This document shows positions 26,773-38,344 of a DNA stretch of 64,000 nucleotides, in pieces (position 1 is the stretch's first letter; each line of letters starts with the position of its first letter). The notes under the pieces are model-generated. The model had not been told where the DNA came from, made no database searches, and saw only the letters and a list, made by a program, of their open reading frames with translations. This DNA comes from Chiloscyllium plagiosum (Eukaryota), in assembly GCF_004010195.1 (NCBI RefSeq), contig NC_057755.1, forward strand, positions 8,745,685 through 8,809,684, written 5' to 3'. The translations under genes and the position numbers were made by a program.

Positions 26773-28513
26773 CCCCCTCAGTTCTGACCCTCCGACAGTG
26801 CAGCATTCCCAGAGTACTGACCCTCCGACAGTGCAACACCTCCTTAGTGCTGACCCTCTGACAGTGCAGCAAACCCCCAGCCGTGACCCACTGAATTTGC
26901 AGGGCGCTCACTCAGTACTTGTCCCCCGACATTGCAGCACTACCTCATTAACGACTCTCCCTCAGTACTGTCCCTTCTTAGGTGCGGCCCTCCTTCATGA
27001 CTGTCCCTCTAACATTGCAGTACTCTCTCAGTAATGACCGCCGACAGTCCGGCCCTCCCCTATTACTGTCATTCCGAAATTGTACAACTCACTCAGTACT
27101 GACCCTCTGACAGTGTGGCACTCCCTCAGTACTTATCTTCTGATGGTGCGGAGCTCCTCCGTACTGATTCTCAAACAGTGCCGAGCTCCCTCAGTATTTC
27201 CCTCTGACAGTGTGGGATTTCCTATCGAGAGTCCCTCTGATAATGCAGCACACCCGCAAAACAGACCATCCGACAGTGTGGCATTCATTTATTTCTGACC
27301 CACCAAGGTTACAGCAGTCCCCAAACACTTACCATCCAGCAGTGCAGCTTTCCCTCAGAACTGACCCTCTGAGAATGCGGCACTCCCTCAATACTGAGCC
27401 TCCAACATTGCAGCAATGACTCAGTACTGATTAGCCGACAGTGCGAATCTCCCTCGGTACAGCCATCTGACTGTGTGTGAATTCGTCTCCCGAGTGCCTC
27501 TGATAGTGCAGCACTCCCTCAATACAGACCATCCGACAGTATGGCCCTCACTTAATACTGACCCTCCAACGTTACAGCAGTCCCTACGTACTTACTATCC
27601 AGCCATGCAGCAATCCCTCAGCACTGACCCTCTGAAAATGCGGTACTCCCTCAATACTCAGCCTCTAACATTGCAGCACTCAGTCAGTACTGATCTGCCA
27701 ACAGTGCAGCACTCCATTCGTATTGACCCTTTGACAGTGCGGCACTCCCTCAGTACTGACACTTTGACAGTGTGGCATTCCCTCAGTACCGACCCTCCCA
27801 TAATGCAGTGCTCCTTAGAACTGACCCTCGAACAATGCAGCGCTCCCTCGTACTGACCCTTTAACAATGCGGGACTCCCTCTGCATGGCCTATCCGATAG
27901 TGTGGCACTCACTCAGTACTGATCCTCTGACAGTGCGGCACTCCCTCAGTACATCGTCCAACAGTGCGGCATTCCCTCAGTACAGATCCTCCAACAGTGC
28001 AGCCCTTCCTTAGTACTGAGCCACTGACATTGTGGCATCGCTCAGTACTGATCTTCCAAAAGTATGGAGCTTCCTCAGTGCAGCCCTCTGACTGTACAGC
28101 AATTCATCTCTAGTGTTCCTCTGATAGAGCAGCACTCCCTCTGTACTGCCGCTACGACTGTGCATCACTCCCTCAGCACTGACTAACCGACAGTGCAGCT
28201 ATCACTTAATACTGAGCCTCCAACGATACTGTAGTCCCCCAGTATTGATCCTCCAACATTGCACCCATCCCTCAACACTGACACTCTGACAGTGCGGCAC
28301 TCCATCAATACTGAGCCTCCAACATTGCAGCACTCACTCAGTACTGACGTTTTGGCAGTGTAGCATTACGTCAGTACTGACCCTCCAAAAGTGTGGCTCT
28401 CCATCAGAATTGACCTTCCAACAGTGCTGCACTCCCTCAGTGCCAACCCTCTTATAGTTTGGGACTCCTGCAGTATGGACCGTGAAACAGTGTGGCAGTC
28501 CCTCTCTACTGAA

Positions 28514-28688
28514 AGGGTATAATTTACACTAATTGGCCTCATTCGAAATTTTTTTGTCGTTTCCAGGAAAGCAGCTGCTACAGTACTGGTACAAATGTTA
28601 TATTGTGTCTTACTGAGAACACTTGGTGTTATCACTGATCATATTTTAACTCTCTTAAAATGTATAGTTCACCCACAGAGTCATAACA
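28514..28688 (-). mobile_element. Second copy of the same LTR fragment in the satellite
   Basis: Same extent and same left satellite junction as 26596-26772. Confidence 0.88.
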
Positions 28689-31419
28689 AAATGCAGGAGT
28701 CCCTCAGCACTGACCTCCGACCATGCGGTGCTCACTCAGCACAGACCCTATCACATTGCAGTACTCACTCCGTTCTGACCCCCCCCCCCCCCCCGACAGT
28801 GCAGAACTCCCTGAGCACGAACCGTCTGATAGTCGGGTGCTCCCTCAGTACTGACGCTATCACTGTGCTCTACTCTGTCAGTACTGACCCTCCAACATTG
28901 CAGCACTCCTTCAGTAATGCCACTCTGTGCTAAACTTCCGAAGGGCAGCCCTCCCTTATTACTGTCCCTCGGACATTCCAGCCCTCCCTCAGTACTGACC
29001 CACCAATACCTTATGACTGGTCTTCTGACAGTGTGCACTCCCTCAGTACTGACGCTCTTCCAGTGCAGCACTTCCTCAGTACGGACCCTCAGACAGTGTG
29101 GCATTCCATCAGAACTGACCCTCCAACAATATGGAGCTCTCTCAGGACTGACCCTCCGATAGTGTGACGATCCCTCAATACTGATTGTCTAACAGTCCGA
29201 GACTCTCTCCGTACTGACAAGGAGGTCCTCCCTCTCTTTCCTGACCCTGCAACAATGCCACCCTCCCTCAGTACTAACCCTCCAACGTTGCAGCACTTCC
29301 TCAGTACTGACCCTCAGACAGTGCAGCATACATTCAGTACTGACCCTCCGACAGTGCAGCAATTCCTCAGCAGTGACCCATTGACATTGCATGGTGCTCA
29401 TTCAGTTCTCAACATCCGACATTGCAACACTACCTCACTAATGAGCCTCCTGAGGCGGGGCACTTCCTCAGTACTGATCCTTCGCAGGTGCGGCCCTCCA
29501 TCATTATTGTCCTCCAACATTGCAGCACTTCCACATAATGATCGACGACAGTCCAGCCCTCCCTCATTACCGTCATTCCAACATTGCACAACTCTCTCAG
29601 TCCTGACCACTGACAGTGCGGCCCTCCCGCATTACTGTCGTTCCGACATTGCACAAGTCCCTCGGTACTGACCCTCCGAAAGTGCTGCACTCCATCAGCA
29701 TTGACCCTTTGACACTGCGAAGCTAGCTCAATGCTGACCCTGAAACAGTGCACCACTCCTTCAGTACTGACCATCTGACACTGTGGTGGACCCTCGGACA
29801 GTGTATTGCTTCTTCAATACTTACCACTGGACAGTGCGTCACTCCATCACTACTGACCGTCCAATAGTGTGGCACTCCCTCAGTACTGATCTTCCAACAG
29901 TGTGGAGCTACCTCAGTATGTCCATTTGGCAGGGTGGCAATTTCTCTCTGCAGTCCCTCTGAAAGTGCACCACTCCCTCCATCCTGACACTCCAACTGCG
30001 CAGAATTCTCTCAGCAATGATCATCCGATTGTGTGGCCCTCACTGAATAATGACACTTCAACGTTACAGCAGTCCCTCAGTAGTGACCATTCAACAGTGC
30101 AGCCATCCCTCAGCACTGACCCTCTGGCAGTGCGGCACTCCCTCAGTACTGATCTTCCGACAATCCAGCACTCACTCAGGACTGATCCATCAACAGTGCG
30201 GCACTCCCTCAGTACTGACCCTCCGACAGTAAGGTTCTCCCACTGTATTAAACATTTGACAGTGCAGCACTCCCCCAGTAATGACTCTCCGACAGTGCGG
30301 TATTCCATCAGTACTGACCCTCTGACATTGCAGAACTCCTTCAGTACGGATCATCCGACAGTGTGGCACTCCCTCTCAACTGAACCAATAACAATGTGGC
30401 ACTCCCCCAGTACTGACACTCCGAAATTGCAGCACTCATTCAGTACTTATACTCCAATAGTGCAGCACTCAATCAATGCTGACCAACCGATAGTGTGGCA
30501 CTGCCACTGAATTGACCCTCTGACAGTCTAGCACTCCATGTGTAATGACTGTCCAACAGTATAGCACTCCCTCAGTACTGCCCCTCCGATAGTGTTGTGT
30601 TCCCTCAGTAAGGACCATCCAACAGAGCTTCACTTCATCAGTAATGAACCTCTGACAGTGCGACACTTCTTCAGTACTGATCCCCCAACAGTGCAGCAAT
30701 CTCTCAGCACTCACCCTCTAACAGTCTGGTGCTCACTCAGTACTGACCCTTGACAGTGGGGCGCTCGCTCCATAATGACCCTCCGACAGCGTGGCACACC
30801 CTCAGTATTGACCTCCCGACATTGCAGCACTCCTTCAGTAATAACACTATCACCGCGCATTACTTCTTCAGTACTGACCCTCCGAGAGTGCAGCTTCCCT
30901 CAGTACTGCAATTCCAACTGTGCGGCGCTCCCTCACCACTGACTCACCTACAATGCAACACTCTATCAGTACTGACCGTCTTACATTGCAGTATTTTTTC
31001 TATATTCTCCCTCTGACAGTGTGTCATTCCTTCATGTTGACTGTTTGTGACATTTCAAAGATCTGTGCAAACGAACCCCTGCGATGCTTTTGGCAGCCAG
31101 TGCATTTAACTTCATGACATTTCGAATGTGCAGTGAGATTTTGGTTCAAATTGACTAACCTTTGGGGGAGTGATGGGGAAGGTGAAATGGCTTCCGACAG
31201 CAATCTCTCAGCACTCATTCTCTGACAGTCTGGTCCACCCACAATACTGACAGTCTGACCGCGGGGTGCTCTCTCCACAATGACCCTCCGTATGGCACTC
31301 CCTCAGTATTGACCTTCCAACATTGCAGCACTGCGTCAGTAATGACTCTACCCCACTTCCAAGGTGCGGTTGATTGGAATGTGTGGATCACATATTTTCC
31401 CTGAAGTGTGCCGTGAGTT

Positions 31420-32420
31420 TGTGCTCGGCCGCCCAAAGTAAAGATGAGGAGAAACAGATGCACTAAGTCTGGTTTGAGGATATGTATGGGAATCTCTGCT
31501 GGGCTTGAAATTATTCACTGGGCCTTGGACGGAAGTCATTTGGTCATGCATTGAGGATAGGAGTTGAGAGATCACATTGTGGCTGTACAGGGAATGAGTT
31601 GGGCCACTACTTGAATTCAGTGCGCATTCCTGGTTTCCCAGGTGTATGAAAGATGTTGTGAAACTTGAAAATGTTCAGAAAAGATTTACAAGGATGTTGC
31701 CAGAGTGGGAGGTTTTGAGCTGTTGGAAGAGGCTGCATAGGCAGGGTCTGTTTTCCCTCGAGAATTGGAGGCTGTAGGGTGAACTGATCGAGGTATATAA
31801 AATCATGAAGAACATGAATCGGGCAAATGTACACGGTTGAGTCCAGAAATGGAGGGCACAGTTTAGGGTGAGAATGGAAAGATTTAATAGGGAACTAAGT
31901 GTACATATTCCTATGAGGCTGCCACTGCCCTTTCATAATAAGAAGATAAACCTCTAAATGAGACAAAGCAAAGCAATAAATGTATTAGGAATTGGGTAAG
32001 GTATTCACAAGGAACATAAAAACAAAGACACAACCTTTTGTAGAGCATTATGCGGTACAGACACAAACTCAGTGAAATACTATTCTTAATTCAATTCGTT
32101 TATTTATTGCACCATTGATTATTTCCAATTTCCCATGCAGTATCGGGTAAGAGGGGAAAGATTTAATAGGGAACTAAGTGGCAACTCATTCACACAGAGT
32201 GTGGCATGCTTATGGAATGAGCTGCCAGATGAAGTGGTGGAGGCTGGTACAATTACACCATTTAAAAGATATCAGGCTGAGTATATGAATCGGAAGGGAT
32301 TATAGGGATGTGAGAGAAATACTGGCAAATGGGACTAAATTAATTTCAGATTTCAGGTGGCACAGACGGGAAGGGTGAAAGAGTCTTTTACCACACTGTA
32401 CATCTCTGAGACTCTATTCA
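31420..32420 (+). mobile_element. CR1 3' fragment interrupted by a 243-bp insert
   Basis: LENVQKRFTRMLP, GELIEVYKIMK remnants; 3' UTR continues after 32145. Confidence 0.8.
31902..32144. repeat. Copy of GPCR 3'-flank sequence inserted in CR1 between 36-bp direct repeats
   Basis: Matches ~32554-32795; flanked by 31866-31901 and 32145-32180. Confidence 0.88.
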
Positions 32421-32885
32421 CAACAATAGCAGCAGACGGACAAGTAGGGTTCAGGAAGCAATATCAGAGACTGAATCAGATTCGAGAATGATAACAGTTT
32501 GGAAGATTTTGTGTTGTGTTATTTTATTTGCTTGTCGTTTTAGTCAGTCACTGCGCATATTCCAATGAGGCTGCCACTGCCCTTTCAAAATAAGAAGATA
32601 AACCTCTAAATGAGACAAAGCAAAGCAATAAATGTATTAGTTATTGGGAAAGGTATTGACAAGGAACACAAAAACAAAGACACAAACGTTTGTAAAGCAT
32701 TATGTGGTACAGACACAATCTCAGCAAAATACTATTCTTAATTCAATTCGTTTATTTATTGCACCATTGATTACTTCCAATTTCCCTGGCGGTATGTCAA
32801 CATTCCAGTTCTCAGGACATACAGCCATGGAAATTCCGTATTGCTTTTAACCTGAAGATCCTGTTCTCTAAATGGAAATACATTT

Positions 32886-33814
32886 TCAAATTGAGGTCAA
32901 CCTGTATGCTGATTTGCACAGTTTAATAATTCGACCAAATGGATATCTTACGACATTGATTAACTCCTCCCTGAATTTAGTTTGTGTTAGAGCGTATATG
33001 CAGGTGTTGGTGCAGGAACACAGGAGCCGTAACATGAATCCAATTTCTTGAAAGACAAATGATGGATCATTCAATGTCTTGTCCTTATAATTATGGTTTA
33101 CTTCTCGCCGGATTAAAGCACGTACAATAAATGGTATCCACAACAGTATAAAGTTAGCAGACAATGCAAAGAGCAAGATGATAGATTTTCTCCGGTTTAC
33201 CATCTCTGGATCAGTATCGTTTTGTCCATTTCCGTGGATCTTGAGGCGACAGCGAATCTGGTTGGCTCTTATAATATCCCTGACAGTCAGAATATTGAAT
33301 ACCAAAATCAATACAATTGGAAGTAATGGTATCATTATAACATTAATCCAGACATAAACTTCCCAAAATACTGATGTATGATAGTCTGATTTTGTGATGC
33401 AAAACCATGGTACATTGTCGATAACAATTACAGGAGTAATAACAAAATACCAAATAATTGACCGCAAACAGCTGACCACACTCACAGTTACTATCACCAC
33501 TAATGCAGTTCTTGTATTACAATATCTTGCTCTTAGTTGCTGGCAACAAACTGCTACAAATCGATCAAATGTGAAAGCAACTGTGAACCAAACTGAGCAA
33601 CTCAGCGCTGCAGTATAGAAAACAGCTCTTAAGGCACACACAGGAGTAATGGATAAGAATGTAATTGGGAAATAAAGATTGTTAAATCTGTCCAGTAAGA
33701 CATTAAGGATGACGAGAAAGAGATCTGCTGTCGACATTGCCAACAAATAGCGAGTGATGCATTTTGAGAGTCCACAATTGCCTCGATGCAAGATCACAAT
33801 TCCCAATAAATTGA
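32886..33814 (-). CDS. Exon 2 of an apparently intact GPR139/GPR142-like class-A GPCR (TM1 to C-terminus)
   Basis: Open frame with seven-TM pattern: YLLAMSTADL, CALR, SVWFTVAFTFDRFVAVC, WFC, FILLWIP, CTNTCIY, FREEL; acceptor ctctttctttattttgcttacag|TC (phase 1); 929 nt. Confidence 0.92.
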
Positions 33815-34969
33815 CTGTAAGCAAAATAAAGAAAGAGGCATCTCATCATGACTGGAGTCACAGTAAAACATCAGCTTAATATATCTGCTAAATCACAGTA
33901 AATGCTGCAGTTTAATATATTAACTCAGTTGCATGATAAGAGATGAAAAGTTACAATGGAATCATTGACTCAAGTAAACCATCATGAAGTAAAAACATGT
34001 TGTGAACCAATAGACAAACATAATAAATGAATAAATAAGAGAAGAATAAACACTGCTATGAATAAAATAGTTTAAGACAAGTGTATTATGTTGACAGATT
34101 CACTGGAATGATCTATAGCTTTCTCCCACTGATTAAACGAGTAATGTACATACAAAATTAAAGTGGTAATAAGCAGAAGGTATTTTACTGCAATGGACAC
34201 AATCAGGAAGATTTCACATGAGCCACGACAATTTTTCTTTTCTGAAATGTATCGGGGATGGTTTACTGTGAGGTTGAGGTTGTTGGACTGGCCTGTCATT
34301 CAAATGGGGACGCAAACATTCTAATTTATGCTCAACTGCAAGGACTGTCAATCAGAGAAGGGAGAGGCAGGCGATGAGGAAGCATAGGAGAATGTGAGAA
34401 TCATTCTGGAACTTGGCAAATGTATACTTTGGCAGAACAGTGTTCCAGACAAGACCAAACCATCCTGAAAATATGTGAAGACGATAGCCTAGACCTTAGC
34501 TTTATAGTATTTTCAAGGGAGATTGCAGATATTGCATTTCAGATTCAATTTGATTGGCCAAGGTACCAGATTTGAAGCAGAATATTTTATTCATGTTCCA
34601 TAGTTAAATCACAGTAGAAGAATTGAGAATTTAAATAGACTTAACCCTGCTGGAAAACGTAACAGAACAATACATTATTTTATCAGTAAACAGTAACGGT
34701 TCTGATATGGTAACATTTCATAAACACACCCTTGGTTAAAAGTAAATCCATTAAACATACTGTCTCAATGCAACTCTGGAAGCAGGATGAAAACCCATTG
34801 CTTTTATCTGTAATCAAGAAAAGATGAAAAGCATGCTCCACAACTTCAAGACCCAGTAACTAATCCTACTGAAAATCTAAAAACCCTGGCTTTAGTGAAG
34901 TGAAACAGCAGCTATTGTCATCTCGGTGCTGGAACGCTCCAAATAGAAGTGAGAAATGGTGCTGATATG

Positions 34970-35296
34970 CAACACCTCCCTGGACGGTGTCCGGGTAGTT
35001 TTGATGTTGGCTCAGCAGTGGACAAGCAGGGAATGCCTGGTAACGTATTCTTCCTGGACAATGGCTGAATCAAAAAGCAATTACATTGAGGTAGAGAAGA
35101 AGGTTTTGGCGGTCTTCTTTGGCTGAGAAACTTTCAATAAATCATTTACAGACAAAAAATATTGAAAGGTAAAAGATCACAAACCCCTCGTCTGATTTCT
35201 AAAAGAAGATAAGACAGCGCCTCCCACATCTCCACGCAATCAACCAACCCCCTCCCCTTAATCCGGCTTCTAATCAAATTCAGCGGTGAGCCCTTA
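34970..35296 (+). mobile_element. Gypsy RNase H remnant in the GPCR intron
   Basis: SRTMAESKSNYIEVEKKVLAVFFG...DHKPL...QIQR remnants. Confidence 0.65.
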
Positions 35297-35297
35297 C

Positions 35298-35843
35298 TGT
35301 TGTTGTGGTTCTGTTCACCGAGCTGGGAATTTGTGTTGCAGACGTTTCTTTCCCGGTCGAGGAGACATCCTCAGTGTTTCAGAGCCTCCTGTGAAGCGCT
35401 TCTGTGATCTTTCCTCCGGCATTTGAATCTGCTTCTTTCGGTTATCAGTTCCAGCTGTCAGTTGCAGTGGTCGGTATATTGGGTCCAGATCTATGTGCTT
35501 ATTGATTGAATCTGTGGATGAGTGCCATGCCTCTAGTAATTACCTGGCTGTTCTCTGTTTGGCTTGTCCTATAATAGTAGTGTTGTCCCTGTCGAATTCA
35601 TGTTGCTTGTCATCTGTGTGTGTGGCTACTAAGGATAGCTGGTCGTGTCGTTTCATGGCGAGTTGATGTTCATGGATGCAGATCGTTAGCTGTCTTCCTG
35701 TTTGTCCTATGTAGTGTTTTGTACAGTCCTTGCATGGGATTTTGTACACTACATTGGTTTTGCTCCTTCGTTCTGGTGAGTTGTTGTCTGAGAGTGGCTG
35801 TTGGTTTATGTGCTGTTATGAGTCCTAGTGGTCGCAGTAGTCT
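35298..35843 (-). mobile_element. Penelope-like element 3' fragment (GIY-YIG endonuclease and 3' UTR)
   Basis: YKIPCKDCTKHYIGQTGRQL...HEHQLA...LEAWHS. Confidence 0.9.
35337..35377 (-). ncRNA. Degenerate minimal hammerhead-ribozyme-like motif of the Penelope element
   Basis: Minus strand aca-CTGAGGA-tgtctcctcgaccgggaaa-GAAAC-GTC-tgca. Confidence 0.55.
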
Positions 35844-35959
35844 ACAACTGCTGCCGGGATTGGGAAATGTTTGGATAATTAATACCCCCACCCCATTATT
35901 GTCACATTTCTGTGTTTACACATGTGCAAACACCGCACAAAATAAGAGGTAGAGATCGA

Positions 35960-36290
35960 GTTAATGGTAGCTCTATTTTCCTGAGGATAGGGAATTCAAG
36001 ACCAGTGTTTAACTTTTTAAGGTGAGAGGAGAGAGATTTGAAATAACATGAGGGGCAAGTTTATTACACACATTGTGGTTTGCATTTGGAATGGTCCTCT
36101 TGAGGAAGTGGTCGATGCAGGTACAATTACAATGTTTAAAAGACAATTAAATTGTTATATGGATAGGAGCGTTTTGAAGGAATATGGGCCAGGAGCAGGT
36201 TAGTGGGGCTAGTTTAGTTTGGGATTATGTTCGGAATGAACTGGTTGTAACGAAGCATCTGTTTCCGTGCTGTATGATTCTATCACTGTA
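35960..36290 (+). mobile_element. CR1 3'-end fragment
   Basis: aaggtgagaggagagagattt...ctgtttccgtgctgtatgattcta. Confidence 0.75.
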
Positions 36291-37375
36291 TTTAATTTCA
36301 CGCCACGCAAAACAAAGTTGGAATGAAAATACAAACAAGTGCTGCAAAACTAATCAGATTGAATCCCCTTCATAGGCAGTGCCAGATAATTAAAAGCATC
36401 GACATGATTTCTGAATCAACCTCTTCAGAGATGTCAGGCCACACCTTTAGAGCTGGTAGGACATGAATCTGGGACTCCTTTGTACACAGATAGAAATTTA
36501 TAGCATCAATACACTATCATTAATTTCCATTCATACAGACAAAGAAGGTCACCAATTTGAGTGAGACACTAGAGTCACACCAGGCTTCTTTCTTCCTCTC
36601 CACAAAAACTGCCAAATATTTCGAGTTTATCCATCATTTTCTTGCGAATATTCTAAGATGTATTCACCCACTTGATTACCGCCAAATCCACAAACTTTCA
36701 GTCTGTCCCCCGGGCACTATCGCTCAGTAACAGCAGGATGTACCATCTACAAGACACATTGCAGCAGCTCCCGAGTTTCCTCAGACATCCCCCTCTGACT
36801 TCGCAGCCGCTACTGTCCAAAAGCAGAAGAGAGATGGGAATGACACCACTTGCAAGTTTCCTTCAAGCCTTCCTGGCTTGGAAACGCATCACGTTCCTTC
36901 ATCGTTGCTGTATCGGCTGAAAGACATTTGGACAGCTCCATGGAGAGGATGGGTGGAAGGGGATATGGGTCCAACACAGGGAAACCTGACTAGTTCAGTT
37001 TTTGAAACCTGATCAGAATGGATGAGGTCGACCGCAGGGTCTGTTTCCGTGCTCTATGACTCTCTTTGGGTCGTCAAACACCAAATGGTCTGCAGTGGTT
37101 TGTGAAGGCAGTTCACCTCGACCTTCGGAAGTGTAACTCGGGATGGGGAAGAAATTCTGACTCAGCCTGCTCTGTATTGCAACTAAATTCTAAATAAGAC
37201 ATTCATAAATAAAGCAGCTTCAGCAGACAGAAGGAAACAACAATAAAACTGTACTACTACTCAAATCACGAGGAACACGTAGACTGGAAGTAAACAAAGC
37301 CAAGGAATCTAGTTCAAATTTGAATAACGAATGAGGGAGTGAAGTTAAATACGATTCATACAAACAAGGACTTAC

Positions 37376-37445
37376 CAATAATGCCAACCGCTGCAAGTAT
37401 CGGGTAGTAAATGCATGCTGTAATTAAGATTGCTGAGAATTCCAT
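37376..37445 (-). CDS. Exon 1 of the same GPCR (MEFSAILITACIYYPILAAVGII+G); spliced protein 332 aa, intron 33815-37375
   Basis: gggacATGG start; G|gtaagt donor; 70+929=999 nt in frame, giving YYPILAAVGIIVNLLGIVIL, similar to TM1 of GPR139 ([20 protein letters not shown], from recall). Confidence 0.88.
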
Positions 37446-38344
37446 GTCCCAGCCAATCTTTTTGATCCTGTGGAGTCAATGATTCTGTCCGCCGAAATGC
37501 AATAATATTGTGATCAGAGCCTGATTTTATTTGAAAGCTAAATGTCCATCGAGACAATAAATCTGGTTGAATCACTAATTACATTAGTTGCAGTAATCCG
37601 AACTAGCAGCAAATGAACCACTTTCCTCTGAGGGTTATCACGCAGTGGAATCTGTTTTTAGGAATTATTTGTCGCTAATTTTCTGAGAATTAGCATTAGG
37701 TGTTATTGGCATGTGTACTCAAGCGCAGAAGTACATGAGTCCAGTGAAAAGTGTACCATGTTGGGATTCCCAGCATCATCATAGGCCCAAAGTCACCACG
37801 ATGCAGAATCTGAGGTAGAAAGTAGAAAACATAAGCAACAAAGTTAAAAGTTAAACTTTACAATCCGTCTTACCATGACGTAGAAACATTCTGAAATAAA
37901 GTTTTAAGTTAAAAGAGAAGTTTTTAAATTATTTTCGAAAAACAACCATGTGTGACAATTTGCAATAAAGCTATTCTGTACCAATCTGTCTTGTAGCTTT
38001 TCCTTCATTATCGCCTTTTAAATCAACAAAAAACTGGGAAAGGTTTTTTAGTGAGTGGGAATCTCACACGGATTGCGACTCGGGCCCTTTTCTTTCTGAT
38101 GAAAGAACTGTGCTCTGCATTTCTGAGATTCCATTCAGGGTTACCCCAGAAATGTGGAACCGTGCTTCCATCATGACAGATCCTTCCTGTCTGGAACTTT
38201 CTTACATTGCAAAAAGTTTGTGTGATTTGACGGTGCTGTAAGAGTAAGGTGGCAGGTGGGTCGTGATATAGGATACCCGGTTAATAAGTTGGTAAGAGTG
38301 CCAAGGAGCCAGGCATGTATGCCGACTGGTGAGGGGTTAGAATA

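Larger units (their letters stand above)
24110..31350. repeat. 33-bp tandem satellite, array 2 (~7.2 kb), with higher-order duplications
   Basis: Same consensus as array 1; recurrent variant blocks. Confidence 0.95.

Noticed and set aside
31035..31195. Unique ~160-bp spacer in the satellite as a possible exon
   Set aside because: No convincing splice signals or recognisable protein similarity
16878..31350. Many ORFs with TDPPTVQHSLS / VLRECCTVGGS repeats, some Cys-rich
   Set aside because: Translation artefacts of a 33-bp (11-codon) satellite; open in many frames, with frequent stops and frameshifts
24110..31350. CRISPR-like array
   Set aside because: Monomers are contiguous with no unique spacers, no cas genes, and the context is eukaryotic
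33815..33824. Start 'MLT' of the 312-aa ORF
   Set aside because: A non-ATG codon within the intron's acceptor region; the true start is in exon 1 at 37445
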